Positions 54,153 through 63,352 of a stretch of DNA of 64,000 bases are shown here, one piece after another. The stretch is from a virus: positions 32,001 to 96,000 of IMG/VR virus record IMGVR_UViG_3300030202_003282; one strand, written 5' to 3'. The notes under the pieces were generated by a model that was not told the DNA's origin, ran no database searches, and saw only the letters and a program-made list of their open reading frames with translations. Made by a program: the position numbers and the translations under genes. Within the stretch, counting starts at the first letter, position 1. Every line of letters starts with the position of its first letter.

Positions 54153-54709
54153 TATTTTAAATTATTTATTGTTAATATATCAGCTATTCTATCTAATGAA
54201 TTTGTAATGTTATCTAATCTTTCAATTAATTCACCACCTGCTTTTGGAGCATCTGGATTTGGAAGTTTAGCAAATTCTTTATCTATTATGTTTTTGATAA
54301 TTTTACTTGCTGTTTTTTGCTTTCTAGAATTAACATCATTAATTATGTTTAATTCAGATACTGGAACAATGTGTCTTTCAAATCCTGAATTGCTTACAAT
54401 TGCTTCATATTCTTCTTTCCAGTGTAAATTTTTATGTAAAAGATAAAGAGTTCTTTTAGGATCTTCAGTATCATAATTAATACTTACAAATTCTGTATAA
54501 ATATCTTCTTCTTTTTGAAATTCACTTGGAAAAAAACTTACATGTAATTCATCTTTTCCTGGCGGCCTATAAGCCATCTTAGGTATATATAGAGCATCTG
54601 AAATATTATTTTTATCAAAATAATCTTGATGTTCTTTTCTTAAGTTTTTAACTTTCTCTTTACGTTCTGTTGGAGTCATGTTTTTAGTTTTTGTACTTAT
54701 CATAATCAT
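54152..54709 (-). CDS. Hypothetical protein
   Basis: 185-aa ORF translationally coupled between the helicase and ATPase genes. Confidence 0.65.
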   Translation of the reverse strand: MIMISTKTKNMTPTERKEKVKNLRKEHQDYFDKNNISDALYIPKMAYRPPGKDELHVSFFPSEFQKEEDIYTEFVSINYDTEDPKRTLYLLHKNLHWKEEYEAIVSNSGFERHIVPVSELNIINDVNSRKQKTASKIIKNIIDKEFAKLPNPDAPKAGGELIERLDNITNSLDRIADILTINNLK

Positions 54710-55662
54710 CTTCTTTGCTGTTGTCCTGGTGTAATCATCTCTGCAATTTCCATTTGTTCAAAATGTGCTTTGAAAAAACTCATTCTAGTGTCTCCATTTC
54801 TAGCTTTTAAAAAATGAAGAACTAATGTTCTATCATCTTCTATAATATATCTATCAGGACCATAAAATCTAATTTTTTGTTTAGCAGGACGATTAATACC
54901 AATTAATGTATCTGCATGTTGTAACATTGCATCTGAACCAAATATATCTGATTCAAGAATATAATTTCCATACTTACCATCTATTGCTCTTTCTGGGTTA
55001 TCAATATTCCTATTGAGCTGAGATAAAGCAATAAATAAACAAGGATAATCACGCTTACATTGTGTAAAGAATTCACCTAATTCAAATAACATATCTAATC
55101 TATTATTTTGATAAGGTGCTCTTTTTACAAGAATAGTATGATCTAATGTTATTATAGTTTTTTGACCTTGATGTTCATTCATATACATGTCAATTTGATC
55201 ACGCATTTGATTCACTGTCATAGGAGTTCCTATAATATCAACTGGATATTTTACTCTTTCTTTTGCATATTGATGACAAACATTCAAAACATCTGTTGTT
55301 AATGTGCTTCCTGCACTACATAATTCTTTATAGGTTTTACCAGTTATAGAACTAAATTCTCTAATGGCTGAAGTTCTTCCAACCATTTCAAACTGAAATT
55401 CTAAAACTCTAAAATTATCATCTGGATTTAATGTAAATGATTCTCTTATAATTTGATCTTTAATTAATGTTTTACCTGATCCAGGTCTTCCACCAATTAC
55501 AGTAAGAGTATTCCATTCTAATCCATCTGTAGTAGCATCATTAAATTTAGGCCAAGGAGTATATATTGATTTTTCTTCTCCACTTTGCCTATTAAGCATA
55601 TACTTTAATGCTTCATTAAATGCACTAAATTGACCAACCCACGCTTCTTTTTTTTTACTCAT
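54706..55662 (-). CDS. dnaB: DnaB-like replicative helicase (C-terminal ATPase domain only)
   Basis: GRPGSGKT, FEM, ITLDH, LSQLNR and KARNG. Confidence 0.9.
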   Translation of the reverse strand: MSKKKEAWVGQFSAFNEALKYMLNRQSGEEKSIYTPWPKFNDATTDGLEWNTLTVIGGRPGSGKTLIKDQIIRESFTLNPDDNFRVLEFQFEMVGRTSAIREFSSITGKTYKELCSAGSTLTTDVLNVCHQYAKERVKYPVDIIGTPMTVNQMRDQIDMYMNEHQGQKTIITLDHTILVKRAPYQNNRLDMLFELGEFFTQCKRDYPCLFIALSQLNRNIDNPERAIDGKYGNYILESDIFGSDAMLQHADTLIGINRPAKQKIRFYGPDRYIIEDDRTLVLHFLKARNGDTRMSFFKAHFEQMEIAEMITPGQQQRR

Positions 55663-56252
55663 ACTACTTTTTCTTTAAAATGATCTTCTATTGTATCAAC
55701 ACCTTCTTTAATCAAATCACAATAATCAGCAAGTAATGAAACTTTTACTCTATGCTTATCTTGTTTTGAGACAAAATATTGACTTGTTACCATATAAAGA
55801 TATTCAGCATCTCTATATTCATTAACATACATTTTTGTTGCTTTAATAACATCATCCCATGTATAGTCATAGTTTTCAAAAAACCATCTAAATGAATCAG
55901 TTAACGCTTTTACATTTTGCCTTGCAGGTTTACCACTAGGTAATTTTTTAGCAGGAAAGATTTCTCTATACTGTTTAATTTTCTCATTAAAATCTTTTCC
56001 CATTAGCTGCAAATTTGTTTTCTTTTTTGCTTTTAAAAAATAATTATCTAAATGAGCCATTAAAATTTTTCCTTCAACAGTAATATTATAACCTCCTTCT
56101 AATAAAGGTTCTATATAATTATTGTTTTTAAGATCTTCTATATCTTGATTGGTTATTATAGGCATTGAAACTTTATTCTTCAGGGAAAAAAGCGTGAATG
56201 CTTGGTTTGGTGTTATCTTGTGTTTTAATATTATTTTCAGAAATTCCCACAT
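55659..56252 (-). CDS. Putative helicase loader/replication protein with winged-helix N-terminus
   Basis: A wHTH-like L..NNYIE...YNITVEG segment; the gene is coupled (ATGA) to the helicase. Confidence 0.45.
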   Translation of the reverse strand: MWEFLKIILKHKITPNQAFTLFSLKNKVSMPIITNQDIEDLKNNNYIEPLLEGGYNITVEGKILMAHLDNYFLKAKKKTNLQLMGKDFNEKIKQYREIFPAKKLPSGKPARQNVKALTDSFRWFFENYDYTWDDVIKATKMYVNEYRDAEYLYMVTSQYFVSKQDKHRVKVSLLADYCDLIKEGVDTIEDHFKEKVV

Positions 56253-56679
56253 AATTTTTTATTTCTTTTAAGATTTTAGTATGTACTTTTAAAAAAGTGC
56301 TTGATTTACAAAAAATATAATTTTCTGCAGACCTAATAGCATTTATAACACTGGCATGATTTCTATGTATATGTCTGGCCACCATACTTTTATTATGTCC
56401 ATAAATATATGATATTAAACAAAATGCTTGTAAATGCATTTGATAATTGATTTCTCTAGTTCTATATGAAAGGAATTTAACCTGATCATATTGAGGATAA
56501 TCCTCTTTTAAGATATTTAATGTAATTTTTTCAATTACTGATAATGATATTTTTGCGTCTCCAGAAATATCTGTTTCTCCAATAATTACAGTAACTTTTT
56601 CACTAAAATTATTTTCAAATGAAACTTTAAATTCTTCAATAGCATTATGCATGCTATGAAGCTCTTCTTTTATAGACAT
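56173..56679 (-). CDS. Protein with DnaA domain IV-like HTH
   Basis: RTRE...VARHIHRNHASVINAI resembles the DnaA C-terminal GRDHTTVLHA signature. Confidence 0.6.
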   Translation of the reverse strand: MSIKEELHSMHNAIEEFKVSFENNFSEKVTVIIGETDISGDAKISLSVIEKITLNILKEDYPQYDQVKFLSYRTREINYQMHLQAFCLISYIYGHNKSMVARHIHRNHASVINAIRSAENYIFCKSSTFLKVHTKILKEIKNYVGISENNIKTQDNTKPSIHAFFPEE

Positions 56680-56698
56680 ATGTTAGTTTATTTAAGAA

Positions 56699-56706
56699 CA
56701 AATATA
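56699..56706 (-). promoter_or_regulatory. Bacteroidota -7 promoter box for the replication operon
   Basis: TATATTTG on the minus strand, about 20 nt upstream of the ATG at 56679. Confidence 0.6.
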
Positions 56707-56774
56707 CGGATTTTTAATGATATTTTAGTGCAAAATAAGATATAATACACTTTTTTAGTTTAAAATATTTTTAT

Positions 56775-56782
56775 TATATTTG
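56775..56782 (+). promoter_or_regulatory. Bacteroidota -7 promoter box, divergent
   Basis: TATATTTG on the plus strand upstream of the lone + gene at 56888. Confidence 0.55.
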
Positions 56783-56887
56783 TCCAATGTTATACAATTT
56801 AAAATTACTGCGTGATCTTGAATTATTAAATAATTTACCTAGCCACAAACAATTTGTGGTCTATAACAACTCATTAAATACAAAGAA

Positions 56888-57358
56888 ATGTCAGAAAATA
56901 AAACCTCAGAAGCAAATGCTCCTAAAAGAGAAAAAAGAAAAATAATTGATAGAACTAAAGTAATAACAGGACTTACATTAAATGCGTCTATTGTTCCAGT
57001 ATTTCAAAATATTTTAATGACTCTTATTGCTCAAATGAAAAACCCAGAAGATATTTCTGGTATTTATAAAAAAATTAATGAAATTGAAAAACATATTCAA
57101 GAAGAAACAAAAATTCCTATGGAACTTGTTTTAAATCAATTTGAGCAAATGATTTATACCTGCACTTATTTGGTTCAATATTGCCAAGTAGAAGCAGAAA
57201 AACAGGGGTGTATGGTTGAAGTAGAATCAAATCCTCTTGATCCTGAACAGACCAAGAAGATGTTTGATTTGATTCTTAATGATAAAAATAAAACTGATAA
57301 TGAACAATCAGAAATTATGAAAGATTTAATAAAATCTTTAGATGTTAAAAAAGTCTAA
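56888..57358 (+). CDS. Hypothetical helical protein (lone + strand gene)
   Basis: 156-aa ATG ORF with its own promoter box and no competing ORF. Confidence 0.7.
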   Translation: MSENKTSEANAPKREKRKIIDRTKVITGLTLNASIVPVFQNILMTLIAQMKNPEDISGIYKKINEIEKHIQEETKIPMELVLNQFEQMIYTCTYLVQYCQVEAEKQGCMVEVESNPLDPEQTKKMFDLILNDKNKTDNEQSEIMKDLIKSLDVKKV

Positions 57359-57744
57359 GTTCTTAATTGACTTCCATTAAAATCACCTATTCTTATCAAT
57401 TCTTGAATTACTAAATTTAATTCAGATTTATCACAATCTGCAAATGATTTACAATACTCTTGATTATCTTTATTAAAACAAAGACCTGTATGTCTTTTAG
57501 ACATCATTTTAACTTCTTCAAAAGTATAGCCAATATCATTAGCTAATTGTCTTATCATAGCATGTACTCTTGCCAGTTGGGCATTAGACCCTTTACTGGT
57601 TGTAGATATGCTAATAAATATTTCTATATTGGCCCCATCAGGGATATCTTCTATAAACTTTTTATATCTTGTACCTTGAGCCTTAATTGGATACTTGACT
57701 TCACCATCTTGTTTAATGGCTTTTACAAATAGATTATTTTTCAT
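57355..57744 (-). CDS. NinB-like recombination protein
   Basis: SNAQLARVHAMIRQLANDIGYTFEEVK...KSFADCDKSEL pattern. Confidence 0.55.
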   Translation of the reverse strand: MKNNLFVKAIKQDGEVKYPIKAQGTRYKKFIEDIPDGANIEIFISISTTSKGSNAQLARVHAMIRQLANDIGYTFEEVKMMSKRHTGLCFNKDNQEYCKSFADCDKSELNLVIQELIRIGDFNGSQLRT

Positions 57745-57997
57745 GTGATATATAATACATCTCTTTTCCTTTTTTATGACCTTTAGTCCATTTTTGGATT
57801 CTGTATTTATCTCTGCATTGACCTAATAAATTTTCAGCTTCAGCTTTAGAAGAAATATTTTTAAAAGATAAAGTATTATATGTAATAAGAATTTCTTGAG
57901 TTATTTTTTCTACTTCATTTGTCTTAGAATTTAATAATTTTCTTTTTCTTTCTTCTCTTTTTTGTTCTGCGTTTTCTATATGTATTGTAAGTCTCAT
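57734..57997 (-). CDS. Hypothetical protein
   Basis: 87-aa basic ORF. Confidence 0.6.
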   Translation of the reverse strand: MRLTIHIENAEQKREERKRKLLNSKTNEVEKITQEILITYNTLSFKNISSKAEAENLLGQCRDKYRIQKWTKGHKKGKEMYYISHEK

Positions 57998-58046
57998 ATT
58001 TTATTGATTTTTTGTAATTGAGCAACCCTCTTGTTCATCTCCAGGA

Positions 58047-58523
58047 TCACTGATGTAAATTGTTGTCATTATATTCTTTAATAGTTTTAAATTTAGTTAG
58101 CAGTAATAAGTGAAATAAACTTATTCCTGTAATACATATTATTTCTCCAATTAGTAAACTAAAAGACATAGATATACCTCCAAGTATATATAAATAAAAG
58201 ATGTAAACGTATCTTTTAGTTTTCCATAATGGAACTAAACATGTTAGAAAAAATGCAATTGCAAATACGTTATGTAATTCTCCATATAAATCAACTGAAA
58301 AAACAGTTAACAAAATTAATAATAAACCAGGAATTTCCCAATTTTTCATTTGTAAGAAATAATAAGCTGTTGCAATATTTGCTAATATAAATACAGGTTG
58401 TAATGGTGTTTGCCAATAAGATGACAAAGATGGTTCATAACCATGTATTAATAAACAAAGGTATGGATACGTGGATGCCATTAAGATTGTTAGTAACCTC
58501 CAAGCATATCCATATGACTTCAT
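58047..58523 (-). CDS. Multi-pass membrane protein (DUF998-like)
   Basis: Five to six TM segments with PSLSSYW and LHNVFA motifs. Confidence 0.6.
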   Translation of the reverse strand: MKSYGYAWRLLTILMASTYPYLCLLIHGYEPSLSSYWQTPLQPVFILANIATAYYFLQMKNWEIPGLLLILLTVFSVDLYGELHNVFAIAFFLTCLVPLWKTKRYVYIFYLYILGGISMSFSLLIGEIICITGISLFHLLLLTKFKTIKEYNDNNLHQ

Positions 58524-58590
58524 TTTAATTTAAAATATAATTGTTAGAAAATAGTTGATACATAATAATATACGAATTTTATTTCAATAA

Positions 58591-58821
58591 TCACTTGAAT
58601 CTTACTGTATTCCTATCAATTAAAATAAAATCATACCCGCATGTGGCACAATTCATTTCATTGTTTTCTTTTTGTACCAATTTATCAGTTAGACAATTTG
58701 GACAAAGAATGTTTATAGGCTTAATTAAAGCCTCTTCTTTTTGTAAATTAATGAATTCTTCTAATGGACCGTTGAATTCAGCTTCACGCATTTGCATGAA
58801 GATTTCTTTCATTTTACCCAT
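58591..58821 (-). CDS. Small Zn-ribbon protein
   Basis: CPNC...CATC. Confidence 0.7.
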   Translation of the reverse strand: MGKMKEIFMQMREAEFNGPLEEFINLQKEEALIKPINILCPNCLTDKLVQKENNEMNCATCGYDFILIDRNTVRFK

Positions 58822-59243
58822 TAGAAATTTCCTGGTGCTACTTGTAAAACTCTAAGCCCTAAAGATCTCCACATATCAACTACTTGATCACGGTCATCAA
58901 TAACATACATAACATTATACTTAGGTCTAATATGATCCATATAGATCTCAGACTTAATAATATTATCTTTTCTAAAGTCACCGGTTTTTCTAATATAAAA
59001 ATCATCAAATCCTACTTTATATTTACGTAACCATGTTACAGTATCTTGTTCACAAATACCATCTCTACCTGTAGTAATAATAATTTTATATTTATTAAGA
59101 CTTGCTAAATCTTTAATAAGTTCAATAACATCCTGATGAGGTTTATCTTGTAAAACTTTATCCCATTCAAAAGGACTTCTTACACCTCTCATGTCTGCTA
59201 ATGTACCATCTACATCAACAATAATTGCTTTTTCTTTTGCCAT
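58821..59243 (-). CDS. HAD-family phosphatase (T4 PNK/PseT 3'-phosphatase-like)
   Basis: DVDGTL, TGR, RKDNIIK and IDDR. Confidence 0.88.
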   Translation of the reverse strand: MAKEKAIIVDVDGTLADMRGVRSPFEWDKVLQDKPHQDVIELIKDLASLNKYKIIITTGRDGICEQDTVTWLRKYKVGFDDFYIRKTGDFRKDNIIKSEIYMDHIRPKYNVMYVIDDRDQVVDMWRSLGLRVLQVAPGNF

Positions 59244-59253
59244 ATAATTATTT

Positions 59254-60087
59254 TTAAAAAATATATCTAATTGTATTTAAGTTAAAATATTGACTGTAAA
59301 TCTGTCTAAATTGATTTAACAATGTAGTTTTATATTTTAATGGATATCTCATTACTCCACCACCATTTTTAATTTCACTAGATAATCTCATTATTTCTCT
59401 AGCTTCTGGTGATGCACGTTGCATTTGTCTTTGATGATTAGTTAATGCAATTACTTCACATTTATTTTCACCTGCTATATCATTTACTAAATTAAATAAA
59501 CGATCATATTCAGTTTTCCATTGTCTATAGAATATTAAAGGACTATAATTTAAATGAACTTCCCATCCTAATTTTTTTAATCTATTAATATCATGAACTC
59601 TTGATTCAATTTTTTGCATCTTAGGTTCTAAAACATTTGAATAACGTTGAGGCATAAGACTTACACGTACCCTTGGAGCTTTGTTAAAGTGATTTACATC
59701 TAACTTTAATAATCCTGGATACTTAGTGGCCATAGTGCTATTAAGTTGCTCATGATCATCATATCTTTTAAGATAATCAATCAATGGTTCTGGCATATGT
59801 TTTTGCATTAATACTAAATCTGAATTGCAAGCAATATCTACCATAGTATATACTGGATCTTGTTGATTGGGAATTTTTTTATAAGTTTTTTCCCAATCAA
59901 CTACAGATCCAAATATTTCATTTACATTTTCATTTACAAAAACTCTTTCACCATTAAATCTGGCCATATAACAATATGTTTTAAGGCATCTACCTAAACA
60001 TCCATAAATAATGTTTGGTGCAATGCAATCAGAACTATTGTTATTAGGTTTTGTAATTAAAGTTTTAGTTTTTTGTTTTTTTATCAT
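59254..60087 (-). CDS. Spore photoproduct lyase-like radical SAM protein
   Basis: GCLGRCLKTYCY cluster motif, DIACNSD, ATK, RVRVSLMP, EVHLNYSP and MRY. Confidence 0.75.
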   Translation of the reverse strand: MIKKQKTKTLITKPNNNSSDCIAPNIIYGCLGRCLKTYCYMARFNGERVFVNENVNEIFGSVVDWEKTYKKIPNQQDPVYTMVDIACNSDLVLMQKHMPEPLIDYLKRYDDHEQLNSTMATKYPGLLKLDVNHFNKAPRVRVSLMPQRYSNVLEPKMQKIESRVHDINRLKKLGWEVHLNYSPLIFYRQWKTEYDRLFNLVNDIAGENKCEVIALTNHQRQMQRASPEAREIMRLSSEIKNGGGVMRYPLKYKTTLLNQFRQIYSQYFNLNTIRYIF

Positions 60088-61196
60088 GTTAAAGGATTAA
60101 AATAAGTAATCTTATTACGATCAAAATTTTCCAAAGCTTTTTCTAACCATACTTCATCTACAGTGTTTTTATAACATAGTATATGACATATAGCTGTTTC
60201 ATCTGGATTCAATCTTAACAATCTACCAATCCTTTGAGATGTTTTTCTTTCATTACCATATGAATGCATAATAACACCTTGTTTTAAGTTAGGTATTGTA
60301 ACACCTTCTGACAATTGTAACACACATGATAATTTATCAATTCTATTATCTTTAAAATATTCTAAATTGTCTTCTGATTGTTTATTTTTTGAATGATAAC
60401 TATTTTTACACACTCTATCAGCCTGGGCTTGAGTATTTGCAAAGATTATACACTTTTCATTTATATTTTTAAGAAGTCCCTTTAAATAGTCTTCTTTAGA
60501 TGTGTAATCCATAATACCTCTCATTCTCAATATAGAGGAGAATTGTCTTTGCTTTGGAGTAACTGATTGTGCCAATCTTTCACATAAATAAGCATAATCT
60601 TTTTTTTCAGATGTATACCATTTACCACCATTTTTAGCTTTTTTCATTAATGTAGGTAGTCCTGATAATTCAAGATGATGAATAATAATCTTATAATCAT
60701 TTAAAATATTACTATCAGCTGCTTGATCAACAGTAAAAGTGTAAACAATGGGACAATATTTTTGCACCATTCTCCACTTTTCAGAACCCTTTCTTTTAGG
60801 AGGAGTTCCCGTTAACCCAAGAATTCTACCTTTAAATTGAGACAAAAATGGTTCATGACTTTCTAATAAACTATGACATTCATCTAAATAAACATAATCA
60901 AAATCATTAGGGTTATGTTTATTTATAGACAAATATGTAGTAAATGTTATATGAGGTATTAATTCTTCTGCATTAATTTCAGCAATTTCATCAATCCAAG
61001 ATTTAAATATAGAGTGTTTTGGACCTACAATTAGATATCTTACAAAAGGATCATAAAAATGTTGCATATGATTTAAACCTATTCTGGTTTTACCTATACC
61101 CATTGACATTCCTAATCCACATCTTTGATGTTTATATGCTTCTGTTAAAGCTTCTTTATTAACAACATCTCTATTCAAAGGTATTGTCTTCTCCAT
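60084..61196 (-). CDS. SF2 DExH helicase
   Basis: MGIGKT, LDECH, GLTGT and QRIGRLLR. Confidence 0.9.
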   Translation of the reverse strand: MEKTIPLNRDVVNKEALTEAYKHQRCGLGMSMGIGKTRIGLNHMQHFYDPFVRYLIVGPKHSIFKSWIDEIAEINAEELIPHITFTTYLSINKHNPNDFDYVYLDECHSLLESHEPFLSQFKGRILGLTGTPPKRKGSEKWRMVQKYCPIVYTFTVDQAADSNILNDYKIIIHHLELSGLPTLMKKAKNGGKWYTSEKKDYAYLCERLAQSVTPKQRQFSSILRMRGIMDYTSKEDYLKGLLKNINEKCIIFANTQAQADRVCKNSYHSKNKQSEDNLEYFKDNRIDKLSCVLQLSEGVTIPNLKQGVIMHSYGNERKTSQRIGRLLRLNPDETAICHILCYKNTVDEVWLEKALENFDRNKITYFNPLT

Positions 61197-61509
61197 ATTT
61201 CATTTTTATAACATCTCTAATAAATGCAGCTTTTTTATAATCTTCTTTATTTACTGCCATTTCTAAACTAAAAATTAAAAGCTCTTTTTGATCAAAATCA
61301 CCAATTAAGCCTTCATAATTTTTTTCAACAGAATTATCTGTTTGTGCATTTCTAACTTCTTTTAATAAAGTAATAATGTTTTCTTCTAGATTACTTATAG
61401 TTTTTTGCAATGCATTATATAATTGAACTCTTTTATGTAAAGATCCAATATAAAATCCTAATAATCCTGCACATAAGCCTATGCTTATATTTAATATTAT
61501 TTGTTCCAT
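61171..61509 (-). CDS. Membrane-anchored protein with C-terminal UVR (UvrB/C) motif
   Basis: N-terminal TM segment and AVNKEDYKKAAFIRD. Confidence 0.65.
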   Translation of the reverse strand: MEQIILNISIGLCAGLLGFYIGSLHKRVQLYNALQKTISNLEENIITLLKEVRNAQTDNSVEKNYEGLIGDFDQKELLIFSLEMAVNKEDYKKAAFIRDVIKMKYGEDNTFE

Positions 61510-61510
61510 A

Positions 61511-61786
61511 TTAATCAGTTTTTTTTAAATTTTTATATAAATCATTAAAAGCTTCTTCTGGATTTTTTCCTTTACCTATTTTATAAGTATTTCCATTAAA
61601 GTATTCTCTTTTATGATCAGAAGGAAAACAAAACCATTGTCCCCTATGATGATTATAATGAAATAATACTCCGTAAAGTTTATTTCCAAATTTTTGAGTA
61701 AATGATGAATAAGTATTTCCTAAAGGTTGTACGTAACCAAATGTTTTTTCTTGCCTTATTTCATTTAATGTTCTTTTTTTTGTCAT
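61511..61786 (-). CDS. Hypothetical protein (start corrected to ATG 61786)
   Basis: MTKKRTLNEIRQEK...; the ATG follows the HNH gene stop. Confidence 0.6.
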   Translation of the reverse strand: MTKKRTLNEIRQEKTFGYVQPLGNTYSSFTQKFGNKLYGVLFHYNHHRGQWFCFPSDHKREYFNGNTYKIGKGKNPEEAFNDLYKNLKKTD

Positions 61787-61791
61787 AATAT

Positions 61792-62052
61792 TTATTTTGA
61801 CTGAGAAAATCCTAACTCTTTTGCATCTTTTGGATTTTCTTCTATCCACATGTGACAATTTCTACATACTGCTAGCCAGGTAGTTGTATCTAAATGATAC
61901 TTTCCCCGGCCTTTCATATGATGCACATCTGTAGCTTTAAGCATACAATTGTGTATAACTGCTTCACAAAGTGGTTTATTTTTAAAAAATTCTTTTCTTA
62001 ATTTAGAATAAGAATTATTTTGCTTTGCTAACTTCTTTGAGACTTTTCTCAT
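61792..62052 (-). CDS. Small HNH nuclease
   Basis: C...C...DVHH...WLAVCRNCH. Confidence 0.8.
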   Translation of the reverse strand: MRKVSKKLAKQNNSYSKLRKEFFKNKPLCEAVIHNCMLKATDVHHMKGRGKYHLDTTTWLAVCRNCHMWIEENPKDAKELGFSQSK

Positions 62053-62584
62053 TTTTAATTGGTTTTAATGATAAAAAATCCTTTGGTAAAAGCCCTTTTG
62101 ATATATAAAATAATATTAAATCATCATAGGTTAAACCTAAATCTTTTAAACTTATTTTATTTTTATATGTAAGGTCTACATCATTAATAGATGCATTTAC
62201 AAAGCCTTCAGCTAAAGAACTATTAGTAAATATACGGAATATTTCATTTGATCTTTTATTGCAAATGACTTGTTTCCACATATTTAACTCATTTTGACCT
62301 CTTTGCCAAACTTTTTTAATTCTTCTTTTTTTGTCCCAATGCATTTTCTGAACTTCTTCAGGTTTATATACATTTAGACCGTGTAACACTCTTTTAAATA
62401 AAAAATGTTGATGCGGATTTAATTTAGTATAACATATAGTTTGTACTAAATTTTTTGGTTGAGTTTGATATTCAGATAATAAACCTAAATATGCATATCT
62501 CTCTTCTCTTTTTTTTAATTCCTCAATTGCTTGAGCTTTATTTACTTCTTTTTTAATTTTTTGTAATTGTTCTGGTTTAAACAT
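62015..62584 (-). CDS. Hypothetical protein
   Basis: 189-aa ORF. Confidence 0.7.
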   Translation of the reverse strand: MFKPEQLQKIKKEVNKAQAIEELKKREERYAYLGLLSEYQTQPKNLVQTICYTKLNPHQHFLFKRVLHGLNVYKPEEVQKMHWDKKRRIKKVWQRGQNELNMWKQVICNKRSNEIFRIFTNSSLAEGFVNASINDVDLTYKNKISLKDLGLTYDDLILFYISKGLLPKDFLSLKPIKNEKSLKEVSKAK

Positions 62585-62619
62585 AAGATTTATTTTAAGT
62601 GATTATTAAGATTGATATG

Positions 62620-62656
62620 AAAAAAAAAGAGAGACAGTGCTAATACTGCCTCTCTT
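62620..62656 (-). terminator. Rho-independent terminator
   Basis: The minus strand reads AAGAGAGGCAGT-ATTAGC-ACTGTCTCTCTT followed by a T run. Confidence 0.85.
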
Positions 62657-62703
62657 ATGAATTACTAGTTTCCCCGGCTTAACCCGTTGGCAATCTATTA
62701 ATT

Positions 62704-63309
62704 TTATAGATCAAAGTCTTGAGAAGAATCTTCATCTTCTAATACTAAATCATCACCTGCATCTTCCATTACTTCTTCAGTAACTTCAGCTGTTGGTTCT
62801 TGTTTAGCTTTCTTTGAGGATTTTTTTCCTTTTTCTACAGCTTTATCAAATTCATCAGCTGCTATATCATTAGCACCTGAAGTACTTGAGTTAGCTTCTC
62901 TGATTGCTTGTCCATTTGCATGTGCAACTAATGTATCTTCTATAGATCCAGTTCCATCATACATAGTTTTTCTGTATATTGGTTCACCATCAGCATTACA
63001 GCAAATAATACCTGTTTCACCAGCTATTTTAAGATCTCTATCTGGATCTGATTCACTGAAAGGTGCAATTTGTTCTTGAATTACTATATTTCCGGATAAT
63101 TCTTTTTCATTTTGAATACCCATAGCTTCTAAATCTTCTACTTTACCATGAAGTAATGTACTAAGATTTGTTTTTTTTACCCAGCCAGTAGCTGTAAATG
63201 TTACTTTTGTTTGTGTCAATCTAACATGTCCGAATTCTGGATTGTTTTTTGACACTCTGATTACTGCACCTAAATCATTAGGCACGATTTGAACTTTAGC
63301 TTTTTGCAT
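62704..63309 (-). CDS. Putative OB-fold / ssDNA-binding-like protein with acidic tail
   Basis: The N-terminal two thirds are beta-rich and a long acidic tail ends QDFDL. Confidence 0.5.
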   Translation of the reverse strand: MQKAKVQIVPNDLGAVIRVSKNNPEFGHVRLTQTKVTFTATGWVKKTNLSTLLHGKVEDLEAMGIQNEKELSGNIVIQEQIAPFSESDPDRDLKIAGETGIICCNADGEPIYRKTMYDGTGSIEDTLVAHANGQAIREANSSTSGANDIAADEFDKAVEKGKKSSKKAKQEPTAEVTEEVMEDAGDDLVLEDEDSSQDFDL

Positions 63310-63352
63310 TTTTTAAAGTTTAATAAAGGTTAATAAAATAATTGATTGATTG

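Noticed and set aside
44758-61858. Extended starts given by the ORF track (44811, 52629, 61858; also 35930)
   Set aside because: The extensions run through RNA structures, promoters or neighbouring genes; downstream ATGs fit the operon packing better.
37958-62700. Intergenic structured elements as tRNA genes
   Set aside because: No cloverleaf or T-loop GTTCRA consensus was seen in any of them.
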